DNA of 63,044 nucleotides, filler included, from Nanobdellati archaeon (GCA_013152815.1; 8 parts of 8 records of this genome joined end to end with filler, not necessarily neighbours in it), one strand, 5' to 3'. Positions 1 through 10,730 are shown, counted from the whole stretch's first letter. Notes: generated from the letters alone by a model not told the origin. A program made the numbers and translations.

Positions 1-1
1 T

Positions 2-551
2 CAGAAGGAGACCTATTGGGGCAACGTGAACTGCACAGGGATCCGCAGCTGCTACGATGAGGGCAAGCGGGCTGCAGAGACCCTTATGTTCGACTACCAC
101 AGGCAGAACAGCATCGATATCCGGGTGGTACGGATCTTCAACACCTACGGGCCACGGATGGCACGCAATGACGGACGGGTGGTCTCCAACTTCATCACCC
201 AGGCTCTGGCAGGGAAGGATATCACGATCTATGGTGACGGAAAGCAGACCCGCAGTTTCTGTTTCGTCAGTGATCTCATCAGGGGCATGATTGCCATGAT
301 GGGACAGGAGAGTTTCATAGGGCCGGTGAATCTGGGAAATCCCGACGAGTTCACCATGCTCGAGCTTGCCGGGAAGATCATCGCACTGACCGGCTCATCG
401 TCAAAGGTTCTTCCGGGAACTGCCTTCCGATGACCCGAAGCAGCGCTGTCCAGACATCTCCCTCGCCAAAGAGAAGCTGGGCTGGGAACCCGAGATCGGA
501 CTGGATGAGGGGCTGAAGAAGACCATAACCTTCTTTAAGGCAAGCGATTAA
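2..551 (+). CDS. UDP-glucuronate decarboxylase (UDP-xylose synthase)-like SDR, 5'-truncated, apparent frameshift near 410
   Basis: [29 protein letters not shown] and DGRVVSNFI are typical UXS motifs. The expected C-terminus ([39 protein letters not shown]) continues in another frame to TAA at 549-551. Confidence 0.88.
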
Positions 552-591
552 GGTCTGTATCTCAGGAAAGTAGAGAAATATCCCTGAGGCA

Positions 592-1806
592 ATGTCCATG
601 AAGAAAACCATTCTTGTCACAGCAACGACCTTCCCGCGTTCCAAGGAAGATGCAGAAGGGCCATTCGTACTCGAACTTTCCAGATGTCTCGCAGAAAGGG
701 GGTATAGGGTGCTTGTCCTTGTCCCCCACGCTCCCGGTGCAAGAAGGAAGGAGCGTATGGGCAGCCTAACCGTCTTTCGCTTTCCCTATTTCTGGCCGAC
801 CCGTCTCCAACAGCTCTGTTATGCCGGAGGCATCATCCCCAACATGGAGAGGTCTTTTCTTGCGAAGCTTCAGGTTCCCTTCCTTGTCTTGTCAGAGATC
901 CTCGCTGTTCGTCATCATCTGAGGACGCAGAAGATCGATGTAATCCATGCGCATTGGATCATCCCTCAAGGATTCGTCGCCGCATTGTTAAAACTATTTT
1001 ATCATGTTCCCTATGTTGTCACTGCTCATGCCGGAGACATATTTCCTCTGCACTCAGGCATTCTCAAGCTGTTCGCACGCTTTTCCATCAAGCATAGCGA
1101 TTTCTGCACAGTGAATTCGGTGGCGACAGGCAAGGCCGTCTCTGCCGTCGAGAAACATCCACACCAGGAAGTGATTCCCATGGGTATTGACCCTTCTGTC
1201 TTCTGTCCTGGAAAGGCGGATCAAACACTCAAGAGGAGATACGGTATCCGTGGTCCGCTGCTCCTGAACATCGGAAGGCTCGCCGAGAAGAAAGGCCTTC
1301 GTTATCTCCTGAAAGCAATGCCTTCTGTCCTCAGGAAACATCCTTCCGCGAAGCTGATGCTCGTCGGAGGCGGACCTGAAAGGAAGACGCTTGATGACCT
1401 TGCGGTGTCACTTGATGTCAAAGATGCGATCATATTCGTGGACAAGATACCCAATAAAGACCTTCCCCGATATTACCAAACCGCTGACCTGTTCATCCTT
1501 CCATCCATCATCACTTCTCAAGGGGATACAGAAGGTCTGGGGGTCGTGCTTCTCGAGTCATTGGCCTGCCGTTGTCCTGTCGTCGCGAGTGACGTGGGCG
1601 GCATCGGTGATATAATCAAGCATGCGAAGACCGGTCTGCTCTTCCCGCAGAAAGATCCCGTTCGCATCGCGGAAACAGTCAACAGGATGCTTGCTGATCC
1701 GGTGTTCAGGAAGCAGCTCGCAGACGCGGGGCATCATCATGTGCTCAAGCACTTCACCTGGAATATTGTTGCTGATAAGTTCGATCGGATCTTCAGCTGT
1801 CTCTAA
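592..1806 (+). CDS. Glycosyltransferase family 4
   Basis: IHAHW, GRLAEKKG and EGLGVVLLESLAC..PVVASDVGGI are GT-B/GT4 motifs. Confidence 0.92.
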   Translation: MSMKKTILVTATTFPRSKEDAEGPFVLELSRCLAERGYRVLVLVPHAPGARRKERMGSLTVFRFPYFWPTRLQQLCYAGGIIPNMERSFLAKLQVPFLVLSEILAVRHHLRTQKIDVIHAHWIIPQGFVAALLKLFYHVPYVVTAHAGDIFPLHSGILKLFARFSIKHSDFCTVNSVATGKAVSAVEKHPHQEVIPMGIDPSVFCPGKADQTLKRRYGIRGPLLLNIGRLAEKKGLRYLLKAMPSVLRKHPSAKLMLVGGGPERKTLDDLAVSLDVKDAIIFVDKIPNKDLPRYYQTADLFILPSIITSQGDTEGLGVVLLESLACRCPVVASDVGGIGDIIKHAKTGLLFPQKDPVRIAETVNRMLADPVFRKQLADAGHHHVLKHFTWNIVADKFDRIFSCL

Positions 1807-2797
1807 AACGTTGTTGCTGCCTTTTCAGGTGTGCTTCTCTGATTTGCTCGATCATCCTTAATGTCCATCTTGGCAATAGATTCACAAGTTGACAATAGAT
1901 GAATGCAGCATGACCTGAAAACTGTCGCTTCCCGACAAGGAAATAGTTTCTCCAGGGGTATCCTCGAACCTTCTTGCGAAGAAAGAAGTAAGCATACGTG
2001 ATGATGAACTGATGCAATGCGGCATGCTGTAGTCGTTTTTCTGGAAAGACCGACTTCACGAGCGCTGTAAATTTCTCAGTGACATCAAGTCGTCCTTGAT
2101 CTCCCAACGGGGCAACAATAGAATCGTTCTCACCACGATATTTCACGATGGCTGCATTACAATGTAAGAGTCTTCCTCCTTTCCTGAGTATCTTAAGCAA
2201 TATGTAAACGTGTACATACTTGCTCTTCCTGGCGTACCTGGTTGGGGGATTCGCATCCCATTTCGCTTTCTTGAAGATAGTGACTGAGATATACCCCATC
2301 AATCTGCAGGTATGATGCAACGTCTTTGCAAGATCACTATACTCCACATAAGGTCTGCTCAGGTCGGGAGACTGATAGTTGATGCCTCGTACCTGTAAGG
2401 ACCGATCACAATCAAGCCGGCTGCCTATTACAATGTCAGGTCTCTCTGATGTGAGAAGAGGCAACAATACCTGCAGGCTATTCTTGGTTAGTGCATCATC
2501 GCTGCTGAGAAGCCAAGCATATTCTCCCTGTGCCATCGCAACTGCAGAAAGAAAGTTCTCGTCTGATCCGAAATTCTTTTTGAGGATCTTGTAATGAAAC
2601 GGAATCGGACTTTTCTTTTGGTATCTCTTGAGCAGCTGCTTTGTCGAATCGGTCGAATGATTGTCCGAGACGCAGATCTCCACATAATCTTTGCTGTTAT
2701 CATCGATTGCTGCAAAGATGCTGTCTAATGCGGTCCTGAGAAAGGATGCTCTATTATACGAGGGAATGCAGATGGAGAGCATTGGCTTTTTTTTCAT
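1793..2797 (-). CDS. Glycosyltransferase family 2, abequosyltransferase (RfbV/WbaV)-like
   Basis: LSICIPSYNR, VSDNHSTD, NFGSDENF and GEYAWLLSSDD; last gene of the CDP-dideoxyhexose operon. Confidence 0.85.
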   Translation of the reverse strand: MKKKPMLSICIPSYNRASFLRTALDSIFAAIDDNSKDYVEICVSDNHSTDSTKQLLKRYQKKSPIPFHYKILKKNFGSDENFLSAVAMAQGEYAWLLSSDDALTKNSLQVLLPLLTSERPDIVIGSRLDCDRSLQVRGINYQSPDLSRPYVEYSDLAKTLHHTCRLMGYISVTIFKKAKWDANPPTRYARKSKYVHVYILLKILRKGGRLLHCNAAIVKYRGENDSIVAPLGDQGRLDVTEKFTALVKSVFPEKRLQHAALHQFIITYAYFFLRKKVRGYPWRNYFLVGKRQFSGHAAFIYCQLVNLLPRWTLRMIEQIREAHLKRQQQRFRDS

Positions 2798-4095
2798 TGC
2801 CGTGATGATAAATATTTCCTGATAGACGTTATGACATGATCCATGTGGGGTTTGCTGAGGCCGGGGTAGATCCCGATCCAGAATGTTCGATTCATGATGA
2901 TGTCCGTATTGGTAAGATCTCCGACGACACGGTAGTCAAGATGTCCGTCTACAAAGTAAGGTTGTTTTATGATATTGCCACCAAAGAGCAGTCGGGTAGA
3001 AACACCGTTCTTGATCAGGTACTCCATCAGGTGAGTCCTGTCAATCTTAGGGTCTTTGATGGTCAGGAGAAACCCGAACCATGATGGATCCGCATCCTCT
3101 TCCGCTTGAGGAAGGATGAATGTATCAGCGAACTGTTCCATCTGCTCTCTGAGATAAGCAAAATTCTCTTTCCTTTTTGCTGCAAAGCCTTCGATCTTAT
3201 CCATCTGCGCAGTTCCGATTGCTGCTTGGAGATCAGTCATCTTGAGGTTGAAGCCGATCTCAGAATAGGTATATTTATGATCATATCCTTCGGGAAGATT
3301 ACCAAGTTTCCACCCGAATCGCTTTTTGCAGGTATTATCGTGTCCCGTCGGACACCAACAATCCCTGCCCCAATCCCTCAAGGACCGCGCGATTTTGAAG
3401 AGTTGAGCATCGTTCATGAAGATGGCTCCTCCTTCTGCTGTGGTGATGTGATGTGCGGGGTAGAAGCTCACCGTCGAGATGTGCCCGAAGGTACCCGTAT
3501 AGTGTCCCTTATATCTTGAACTGAACGCATCACAATTATCCTCGATGAACCAGAGATTATGTTCTTCACATATTCTCTTGATTTTATCAAGATTGAGAGG
3601 ATTGCCCAGGGTGTGAGCAATCATAATCGCTTTGGTCTTATCGCTGATCGCTTCTTTGATGCGATCTGTCTTGATATTGTATGTTCCTAGTTCGACGTCG
3701 AGAAAGACAGGTACTGCACCGATGTTGATGATTGGGTTGATGGTGGTGGGAAAACCTGCCGCTACCGTGATGATCTCCTCTCCTGGTTTAATCCTCCTTT
3801 CGCCAAGTTTGGGAGATGCCAGTGTATGGAGCGCAATCAGGTTTGAGGACGAGCCGGAGTTAGTAGTCAAGGCGAACTTCACACCAAGAAATTCCCGTAA
3901 TTTCTTCTCAAACTCTCTGTTCCATCTCCCTTCAGTCCACCATCCTTCCAGTGACGCTTCAACGAGATTCTTGAGTTCTTTCTCATCGAAGATCTTACCT
4001 GATACGGGAACCTTATCTTCTGGAATAGTCTTCTTGACTTTCTGATAGTATGCATCAACAAGTTCCATGATCCTCTTCTTGATCTCTTCACTCAT
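2794..4095 (-). CDS. rfbH: CDP-4-keto-6-deoxy-D-glucose 3-dehydrase (E1, RfbH/DdhC)
   Basis: SFYPAHHITTAEGG (His in place of the PLP Lys), RDWGRDCWC..G.DNTC Fe-S motif, GYDHKYTYS. Confidence 0.95.
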   Translation of the reverse strand: MSEEIKKRIMELVDAYYQKVKKTIPEDKVPVSGKIFDEKELKNLVEASLEGWWTEGRWNREFEKKLREFLGVKFALTTNSGSSSNLIALHTLASPKLGERRIKPGEEIITVAAGFPTTINPIINIGAVPVFLDVELGTYNIKTDRIKEAISDKTKAIMIAHTLGNPLNLDKIKRICEEHNLWFIEDNCDAFSSRYKGHYTGTFGHISTVSFYPAHHITTAEGGAIFMNDAQLFKIARSLRDWGRDCWCPTGHDNTCKKRFGWKLGNLPEGYDHKYTYSEIGFNLKMTDLQAAIGTAQMDKIEGFAAKRKENFAYLREQMEQFADTFILPQAEEDADPSWFGFLLTIKDPKIDRTHLMEYLIKNGVSTRLLFGGNIIKQPYFVDGHLDYRVVGDLTNTDIIMNRTFWIGIYPGLSKPHMDHVITSIRKYLSSRQ

Positions 4096-5177
4096 GGTCC
4101 TTTCTCTCCAAAGAATGATGTGATTTGCTGCATCGTCTCTTGTTTAATCATTTCTCGGTCGGTATAAAATGTTTTGTACCATGAGAAGGTCAACTGAAGT
4201 GTTTTATCGATGGACAGGTTAGGTTTCCAGGAGAGCGCCTCTTTTGCCTTTGTTGCATCCAGGCGCAGGATTGTTGTCTCATGTTTCTTGTCCTGTGTAG
4301 CTTCATTGACAATGTACGAACCCTGTCCCAGAATATCGATGCCTTTCTTGAGCAGCTTTTCCACTGTTATCATATTTTCCCTTTCAGGAGCAAAGTTCCA
4401 TGCGCCCACTGTTGTCTTGTCTCCTTTCCACAGCCGTTTTCCGAGAAGAAGATATCCGCTTAAGGGTTCGAGCACATGTTGCCATGGTCTTATGGCCTTC
4501 GGGCTTCGGATTATCGTCTTATCTTTTGTCTCAAAGACGCTCTTGATGATGTCGGGGATAAGCCTGTCTTTGGACCAGTCACCCCCTCCGATGACATTTC
4601 CTGCACGTGCAGTGCATATTAGACATGAAGGATTCCTTTCCGGATTGAAGAAGGCGTTCTTGTATGACTCTGCAATGAACTCGACGCATACTTTCGATGC
4701 GCTATAGGGGTCATATCCTCCCAGTTCTTCCTTTTCTGTATATCCTTCTTCTGCTTCCTTATTCTTATAGACCTTATCTGTGGTGATGATGACAACAGCT
4801 TTTACAAAATCCTTCCTTCTTACCGCTTCTAGCACGTTTAGCGTACCGAGAAGATTGGTCTCGAACGTGTATCGTGGGTTGTCATAGCTATCTCTGACGA
4901 GGGGTTGGGCAGCGAGATGGAATATGATCTCGGGTTCTTCTTCATCGATTGCTTGTTCCACGATTTTTGGGTCTCTGATATCTCCGATATGCGTCTTGCA
5001 CGTCTCTCGAAGACCTAATGTGCTGAACAGATTGGGTTCTGTGTTTGGTTCAAGGGCAAGTCCGCTGACCGAAGCCCCAAAAGAGAGCAGTAGTTGAGAG
5101 AGCCAAGCACCTTTGAATCCGGTGTTGCCGGTGATGAGAACTTTTTTTCCCTGGTAAAATGTGGAGAGCGTTTTCAT
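4092..5177 (-). CDS. rfbG: CDP-glucose 4,6-dehydratase
   Basis: ITGNTGFKGAWL, HLAAQPLVR, TTDKVY, DPYSASK, RAGNVIGGGDW, RPWQHVLEPLSGYL. Confidence 0.96.
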   Translation of the reverse strand: MKTLSTFYQGKKVLITGNTGFKGAWLSQLLLSFGASVSGLALEPNTEPNLFSTLGLRETCKTHIGDIRDPKIVEQAIDEEEPEIIFHLAAQPLVRDSYDNPRYTFETNLLGTLNVLEAVRRKDFVKAVVIITTDKVYKNKEAEEGYTEKEELGGYDPYSASKVCVEFIAESYKNAFFNPERNPSCLICTARAGNVIGGGDWSKDRLIPDIIKSVFETKDKTIIRSPKAIRPWQHVLEPLSGYLLLGKRLWKGDKTTVGAWNFAPERENMITVEKLLKKGIDILGQGSYIVNEATQDKKHETTILRLDATKAKEALSWKPNLSIDKTLQLTFSWYKTFYTDREMIKQETMQQITSFFGEKGP

Positions 5178-5192
5178 GGTATTCTTAACGGG

Positions 5193-6080
5193 TTATCGAT
5201 AGCTGTCTATGGTCCTGTTCATGCTTTCTTCCCGACTATATATAGATTTCCATCCCAGTGCACGGAGTCCTGCAGGGTCAGCAACGCTCTCTTCCATTTC
5301 TTTGCCTCTCGAAGGGATAGCTCCGAAGAAAAGCTTGCTTTTGCTGTTTGTCGCTTGCTTGAGGAGCTTGACAAATTCCCTGACAGGCATGCACTCTCCT
5401 GTACCTATTTCATACGTTACAAATGCATCCTTGAAAGGGATGCTTTCTAGCCTGTCGAGAAGGAAACTGATCACTCCTGCGACTTCTTTGACAAAGATGA
5501 AATCCCGTTTCTGCTTGGCTTCAGTCAGTTTCACATCCTGTTCTGTCAAGAGCTGTTTGATCACCTGAGGGATGAATTTGTCTTCAGCATCTTTAGGGCC
5601 ATACATGTGTTCGACAACAAGATTGATGATTTTGGTGTTGCTTTTTCTCACTTTCTCCTTTCCTTCTTCGATGAACCTTCTCTTTGACAATACATAATGG
5701 TTAAGATAGCCTACAGGTCCGATCTGTTTGTTGAAGAATGTGTCAATGTTGATGAACCAGGGAACCCTATGTTCGATGGCTAGTTCAAGGAGCTTGATTG
5801 GAAGCTCATAATTGGCTGCATAGATCGTTTCTTTCTTTTCATCATGACGGCCATATACCGTTGCCGCATGGATGATGGTGTCGATGGCATGGTCTGCAAA
5901 GAGCGAGGACAATGATGTCTTGTCCAGATCTACGGCGATGCACGTATCCAAGAATTGTTTCACCCTCCACACATCAGAATTGCTGCGTTTGAGAAGGATT
6001 ATTTCATGCCCTTCTCGCACCAGTTGTTCAACGATGTGGCTTCCGAGAAATCCGGTCGCGCCGGTGAGTGCTATCTTCAT
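5193..6080 (-). CDS. NAD-dependent epimerase/reductase, CDP-abequose/paratose synthase (RfbJ/RfbS)-like
   Basis: MKIALTGATGFLG, HAATVYGR, FINIDTFF, YVLSK, EHMYGP.D and KRDFIFV; lies between rfbF and rfbG. Start set at ATG 6080. Confidence 0.82.
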   Translation of the reverse strand: MKIALTGATGFLGSHIVEQLVREGHEIILLKRSNSDVWRVKQFLDTCIAVDLDKTSLSSLFADHAIDTIIHAATVYGRHDEKKETIYAANYELPIKLLELAIEHRVPWFINIDTFFNKQIGPVGYLNHYVLSKRRFIEEGKEKVRKSNTKIINLVVEHMYGPKDAEDKFIPQVIKQLLTEQDVKLTEAKQKRDFIFVKEVAGVISFLLDRLESIPFKDAFVTYEIGTGECMPVREFVKLLKQATNSKSKLFFGAIPSRGKEMEESVADPAGLRALGWKSIYSREESMNRTIDSYR

Positions 6081-6081
6081 C

Positions 6082-6861
6082 CTAATCTTTCCAAGTCTTC
6101 CAGGGGCTCTTCTTCTCATCCCACATCTTGTTCAGCTTGAGATAGTCGCGGTAGGTATCCATGCTGTGCCAAAAGCCTTTATGATGATAGGTTGCTACCT
6201 GTCCTTCTTTCGCTAGCTGCGGAAGTACTGTCTCAACGAGCATGACATCATTTTCTTCAGAGACATAATCAAAGATCTTCTTGTTCAATACCATGAACCC
6301 GCCATTGATGATGTCCTGGGATTCTGGTTTCTCTTTGAATTCCTTGGCGATGCCGTCTTTAACTTCAATCACTCCATATGCGGATGTCGGATTGTATCCG
6401 GTTATGGTCACAATCCTTCCTTTCTCTTTATGAAATGCCACGAGCTTATCGATGTCTATGTCTGAAACTCCATCCCCATAGGTCAGCATGAAATTGTCTT
6501 CATCAGTCAGATACCGTTTGAGCTTGGCCAGTCTCTTTGCTGTCATGCTCTCCAGACCGGTATCAGCGAAAGTGATGTTCCAATCCTCTAAGGCAAGATA
6601 ATCGTGATATTTAATATCATGTTTCCTGATATTCAGGGTGAAGTCAGAGATCTTCCAGCGGTAATGCATGAAGTATTCTTTGATCAAGTCACCTTTGTAG
6701 CCCAGGGCTAAGATGAACTCATTATGGTTGTATTGGCTATAGCTCTTCATGATGTGCCAGAGGATGGGTTTCTGTCCTATTGGGATGAGCGGTTTCGGGC
6801 GAAACTCTGTCTCCTCGCGTAGCCTACTGCCTCTTCCTCCGCAAAGAATAACGACTTTCAT
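6082..6861 (-). CDS. rfbF: Glucose-1-phosphate cytidylyltransferase
   Basis: VILCGGRGSRLREETEFRPKP, FMLTYGDGV, INGGFMV, FWHSMDTYRD. Confidence 0.95.
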   Translation of the reverse strand: MKVVILCGGRGSRLREETEFRPKPLIPIGQKPILWHIMKSYSQYNHNEFILALGYKGDLIKEYFMHYRWKISDFTLNIRKHDIKYHDYLALEDWNITFADTGLESMTAKRLAKLKRYLTDEDNFMLTYGDGVSDIDIDKLVAFHKEKGRIVTITGYNPTSAYGVIEVKDGIAKEFKEKPESQDIINGGFMVLNKKIFDYVSEENDVMLVETVLPQLAKEGQVATYHHKGFWHSMDTYRDYLKLNKMWDEKKSPWKTWKD

Positions 6862-6970
6862 GCTTTGTCAAGGTTCTCTCTTTGTTTAATAAGTTTATCG
6901 TATGGAACATGCAAGTCGCTTATAAACAGTTAAACAGGTTATAAAGCAAAGAACCTCCTTTATAAACTAT

Positions 6971-7414
6971 CTATGGCGGTATCTTCTTGATGAATCGTGC
7001 AGGATTTCCACCTACCAGGGTATGCGGAGCGACATCTTTGTTGACGATGGATCCTGCCCCCACCTTGGCTCCTTTACCTATGCGTACCCCTCTTACAATG
7101 ATCGAACCAGCTCCTATGAAGACGTTATCTTCGATGATCACATCTTTTACTTTGGACCTTCTCGTTCGGTTATCGAATTCATGGACGTAGATTTTGCATC
7201 CTGATGTGATCCACACATCCTTGCCGATATGGATATGGGTCGGGTCAACACTGTCAAAGATGACATAATCGCCGATCCAAGCACGCCACGGATCATCAAA
7301 ATGGACGCCTCTCATCAATTGGAGAAATACCTTAAATCGCACAGGCAGGATATACCAAAAGGCGATCTGTTGTAAGAATTGGTTCAGCATCCTTCGCGGA
7401 TTACAGATATGCAT
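6971..7414 (-). CDS. Hexapeptide-repeat (left-handed beta-helix) acyltransferase
   Basis: [52 protein letters not shown]. Confidence 0.88.
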   Translation of the reverse strand: MHICNPRRMLNQFLQQIAFWYILPVRFKVFLQLMRGVHFDDPWRAWIGDYVIFDSVDPTHIHIGKDVWITSGCKIYVHEFDNRTRRSKVKDVIIEDNVFIGAGSIIVRGVRIGKGAKVGAGSIVNKDVAPHTLVGGNPARFIKKIPP

Positions 7415-7439
7415 GAAAGATGTTAATGGGCGTTAGCTT

Positions 7440-8393
7440 TTATGCTTTATCCCCTAAGGAATTAGCCTCCCTCGGTCTCTTGAGCATTCCTTTCTCAAAA
7501 TACAGTGCCAAGAAAAAGCCCACAAAGGTGTAGGCGATGACCAGCCAGAGCAGCATCACCGATGCAGTGGTGGTTGAGGATATGCCTTGAAGAGAGAACA
7601 TCCATACGATACCTGCTTCCCTGAATCCGAGGCCTGCAATTGTCAACGGAATAAATGAAATGATGATGCCTGTTGCATTGATGATACCTACAGTCAAGAT
7701 TGGTGGATGGACGTCGAAACCATAGAAAATCATCAACAGAAAAAACGCACTGATGAGCCATTTGATATATGTCATGACAATGTTGGTGAAGAGCCTGAGC
7801 GGATGGTCAACGAGATAGGATGTTAATGCCTTTCCGAAACCGGTAAACAGCGCCAGGAATCTATCCGGGATGAAAAGACGTAATATCTTTCTTCCGAAGT
7901 TCGTGAAGAAGGCAAAAATCCCTGCAAGTCCTCCTATGAACAAGGTTCCGAGGACAAGAACTGCCTGTTCTCTTTCAAAATAGAGGAAGAAGCCGATGAT
8001 AGCAAGGCTTGCAAGCGACCCAGCAGTGATGATCTTATCCATGATGGTTATTGCTGTGCCTTTTCCTGTCGGAATACCCTCTTTTCGGAGCAACCACACG
8101 AGCGAGAACTCGCCTAGTTTTCCTGGGATGAAAGAACCGATGGACCAGGCGAGCATTGTGTACTTCCAGAGTTTACCGAAAGCTATCTTCTGGAATGGGT
8201 CTGTGAGAAGCTTAATGTTATACGTTGCGATGACAAGACTAATGAGAAAAAAGATGGTCGCAGGGATAAGGTAGATCGGATTGAATGTCTGTATTGCTGC
8301 AAGGATCGCACTCCAGCCAATCCAGGAGAACAGTCCGCTGATCAGGGCTACGCCCATTGCTATCCTAAGCATGGTTAAGGACGAAGATTTCAT
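7440..8393 (-). CDS. Lysylphosphatidylglycerol-synthase TM / flippase-like membrane protein (UPF0104/AglD2-like)
   Basis: Multiple hydrophobic segments, FIPGKLGE and IPLTIAGLGFRE motifs; the ATG at 8393 overlaps the upstream stop (ATGA). Confidence 0.82.
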   Translation of the reverse strand: MKSSSLTMLRIAMGVALISGLFSWIGWSAILAAIQTFNPIYLIPATIFFLISLVIATYNIKLLTDPFQKIAFGKLWKYTMLAWSIGSFIPGKLGEFSLVWLLRKEGIPTGKGTAITIMDKIITAGSLASLAIIGFFLYFEREQAVLVLGTLFIGGLAGIFAFFTNFGRKILRLFIPDRFLALFTGFGKALTSYLVDHPLRLFTNIVMTYIKWLISAFFLLMIFYGFDVHPPILTVGIINATGIIISFIPLTIAGLGFREAGIVWMFSLQGISSTTTASVMLLWLVIAYTFVGFFLALYFEKGMLKRPREANSLGDKA

Positions 8394-8479
8394 CTTCTCC
8401 ACATGTCCGCAAGAAATCCGAACACCCATATCTGTACGGCGGTGATGAGCAGGACTGCACTCAGGATGACCCGGGGGAT
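8390..8479 (-). CDS. C-terminal fragment of a membrane protein, probably a polyprenol-phosphate GT2
   Basis: Minus frame reads IPRVILSAVLLITAVQIWVFGFLADMWRR*; cut by the contig end. Confidence 0.55.
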   Translation of the reverse strand: MPRVILSAVLLITAVQIWVFGFLADMWRR

Positions 8480-8579
8480 NNNNNNNNNNNNNNNNNNNNN
8501 NNNNNNNNNNNNNNNNNNNNNNNTTAATTAATTAANNNNNNNNNNNNNNNNNNNNNNNNNNNNNNNNNNNNNNNNNNNN
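8480..8579. other. Artificial contig spacer
   Basis: 100 nt of N containing TTAATTAATTAA (stops in all frames). Confidence 0.99.
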
Positions 8580-9742
8580 GTATTGAACCTCGCCGTCAGG
8601 CAGGGAACCCCCAGCTCATTGGCCTCCTCCTGCATGCTCCCTGAATCGGTCAGGATGGCCTGGCAATGCCTGGAGGTGAGGAATTCGATGACCTGGCCAT
8701 ACTCTTTCCAGAGGGGCGTGATAAGAAAGTTATCCTTGGTCTCGGCAAGCTGCTGGAGACGCTTCCGGTAGCCGTAATGGTCTATTGCTCGATGCGTGCC
8801 GGTGAGCTCCACCATACAGATGCGGTGCCCTTTCTTGACCAGCTGCTCAACCCCTTCGATGATGGCCTTGAACCTTCCGGGCTGGAGGTTGCCCCGACGA
8901 TGGATATCGACCCTGAGCCAGGATCCCTCTTCCAGAGAGGGGTAGTCATCGAAGATGCTCTGCTCTGCTTTCTCTTTTTTCTTGAGCGCGAGGGCATCGA
9001 CAACCGTGTTGCCGACGATATGGATCGAGTCCTCGGCATAACCTTCCCGCACAAGGTGCTGTCGGTTGAGATCGACAGGAGCAAAATGCGTATGGCATCC
9101 TGCTGCAGAGACATAGGTGTCCCACTGTTCTGGGAAGGGCTCCTCCCGCATCAGCGTCCAGGGACCGTCCCATTGCTCCTTGACGAAGGCAGCGACATCG
9201 ATCCCCTGTTTCGCCCATTTCTTGAGATCCCTGAAAGACGAAGGGGTCATCCCTCTGAGTCCTGCTTCTCCCTGTATCGAAAGGGTGTTGGTCGCGAACA
9301 TCCACGCGGCCGGAAGAATCCCCGCAGTGAGGGTGTCGCCGTTGACATAGGGAGTGAAGGTCATGTCAGGATAGGCTTTCTTCAGCAGGAGAGCGACGTC
9401 CTTCATCTTGGTGAACAGTTCGGCGCTCTTCTGGGAGAGATCGCCACGCAGGTTGAGGTTGATGGCGGTCTTTTCCCGCAGACCGAACTCCACCATGCCA
9501 TGACCGACAAGAGCATCATAGTGCTGAGCAGAATCGAGGATGATATGAGGAAGACCCTGACGTTCTGCCTCCTGGACAAGGCTCCACATCTTGTAGAAAC
9601 AGGGTTTGGTGGCAGGAACGAACATGACGACTTTCTTGCTCCCTTTTCTCGCCTGCTGCACCGCAGCGTCCAGAAGATTCCTGTCCACCGTTATCGGCTT
9701 GCTTGGCTCGCTTGGATTGTTTGGCTTGCTTGTGTCGGTCAT
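8580..9742 (-). CDS. UDP-N-acetylglucosamine 2-epimerase (WecB family), 3'-truncated
   Basis: QHYD, NGDT, EAGLR, PFPEQ, VGNTVVD, HRRGN, LTDSGSMQEEA. Start set at ATG 9742. Confidence 0.85.
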
Positions 9743-9758
9743 ATCCAAAAGGGACACC

Positions 9759-10730
9759 TCAGTCAGACACATAGATGATCTTGCTTCCCTGGGGCTCGAA
9801 GGAAAAATCGATCTCACGGAGGCCCAATGCCTTCCGGACAGCCTTCTGCTTTCCAGGAGGCACATAAAAGAGCAGGAAGCCGCCGCCGCCAGCGCCCATG
9901 AGCTTGCCTCCTGACGCTCCGGCATCACGTGCTTTTTCATAGGCATCATCGATGAACCGGTTAGAGATGCCTTTGCTAAGACTTGACTTCAGTCTCCAGT
10001 TCTCATCCAGGATCCGACCGAAGGAGGAAAGGTCATTGTCCACCAGGGCATTCTTCAGGTCAATGGTCAATGCCTTCATCTTCCGGAGGATCTCATTCTT
10101 CTTCCCCATGTTCTGGGTCTGCTTCTTCATGATGGTATGTCCGTTCCTCGTGATGCCGGTATAGAACATCATGAGATTCTTTTCCAGACGTTCCCTGGTC
10201 TTCCGGGTGCAGATAAGAGGATCGACAAAGACGCTTCCATCACTCTTGAACTGCATAAAGCAGATGCCTCCATAGGAAGCGATGTACTGGTCCTGCTTCC
10301 CTCCCGGCTCATTGAGGATCCCCCGCTCGATGAGGCAGGCCTCTTCAGCAAGCTGCTTTGCAGAGCGATGCCTGCCCTGGAACGCATAGAGCGCATTGAG
10401 CAGGCCGACGGTAAAGCTGCTGGAGGAACCCAGACCAGACCCCCTGCCAGGGATGTCAGCCATTGAAGTTATCTCAACCCCTCCCCTGATGCCAAGGCGT
10501 TGGAGAGCTATGCGGACAATGGGATGCTTGATGTCCTTGACCCTTTCTGGCAGTTCGGTACGTGAGTAGGAGATCCGGAGAGCATCGTCGAACTTCTTGT
10601 TGATGGTGATATACATGTATTTGTTGATGGTGGCATTGAGGACCACACCGGCCTCATGACGGTAGAAGGTCTTGATGTCCGTCCCTCCGCCGGTGAAGCT
10701 TATCCTGAACGGCGTCCTGGAGATGATCAT
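9759..10730 (-). CDS. hddA: GHMP kinase, D-glycero-alpha-D-manno-heptose-7-phosphate kinase-like
   Basis: MIISRTPFRISFTGGGTD, GSGLGSSS, GKQDQY, GGKLMGAGGGGF. Confidence 0.88.
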   Translation of the reverse strand: MIISRTPFRISFTGGGTDIKTFYRHEAGVVLNATINKYMYITINKKFDDALRISYSRTELPERVKDIKHPIVRIALQRLGIRGGVEITSMADIPGRGSGLGSSSSFTVGLLNALYAFQGRHRSAKQLAEEACLIERGILNEPGGKQDQYIASYGGICFMQFKSDGSVFVDPLICTRKTRERLEKNLMMFYTGITRNGHTIMKKQTQNMGKKNEILRKMKALTIDLKNALVDNDLSSFGRILDENWRLKSSLSKGISNRFIDDAYEKARDAGASGGKLMGAGGGGFLLFYVPPGKQKAVRKALGLREIDFSFEPQGSKIIYVSD

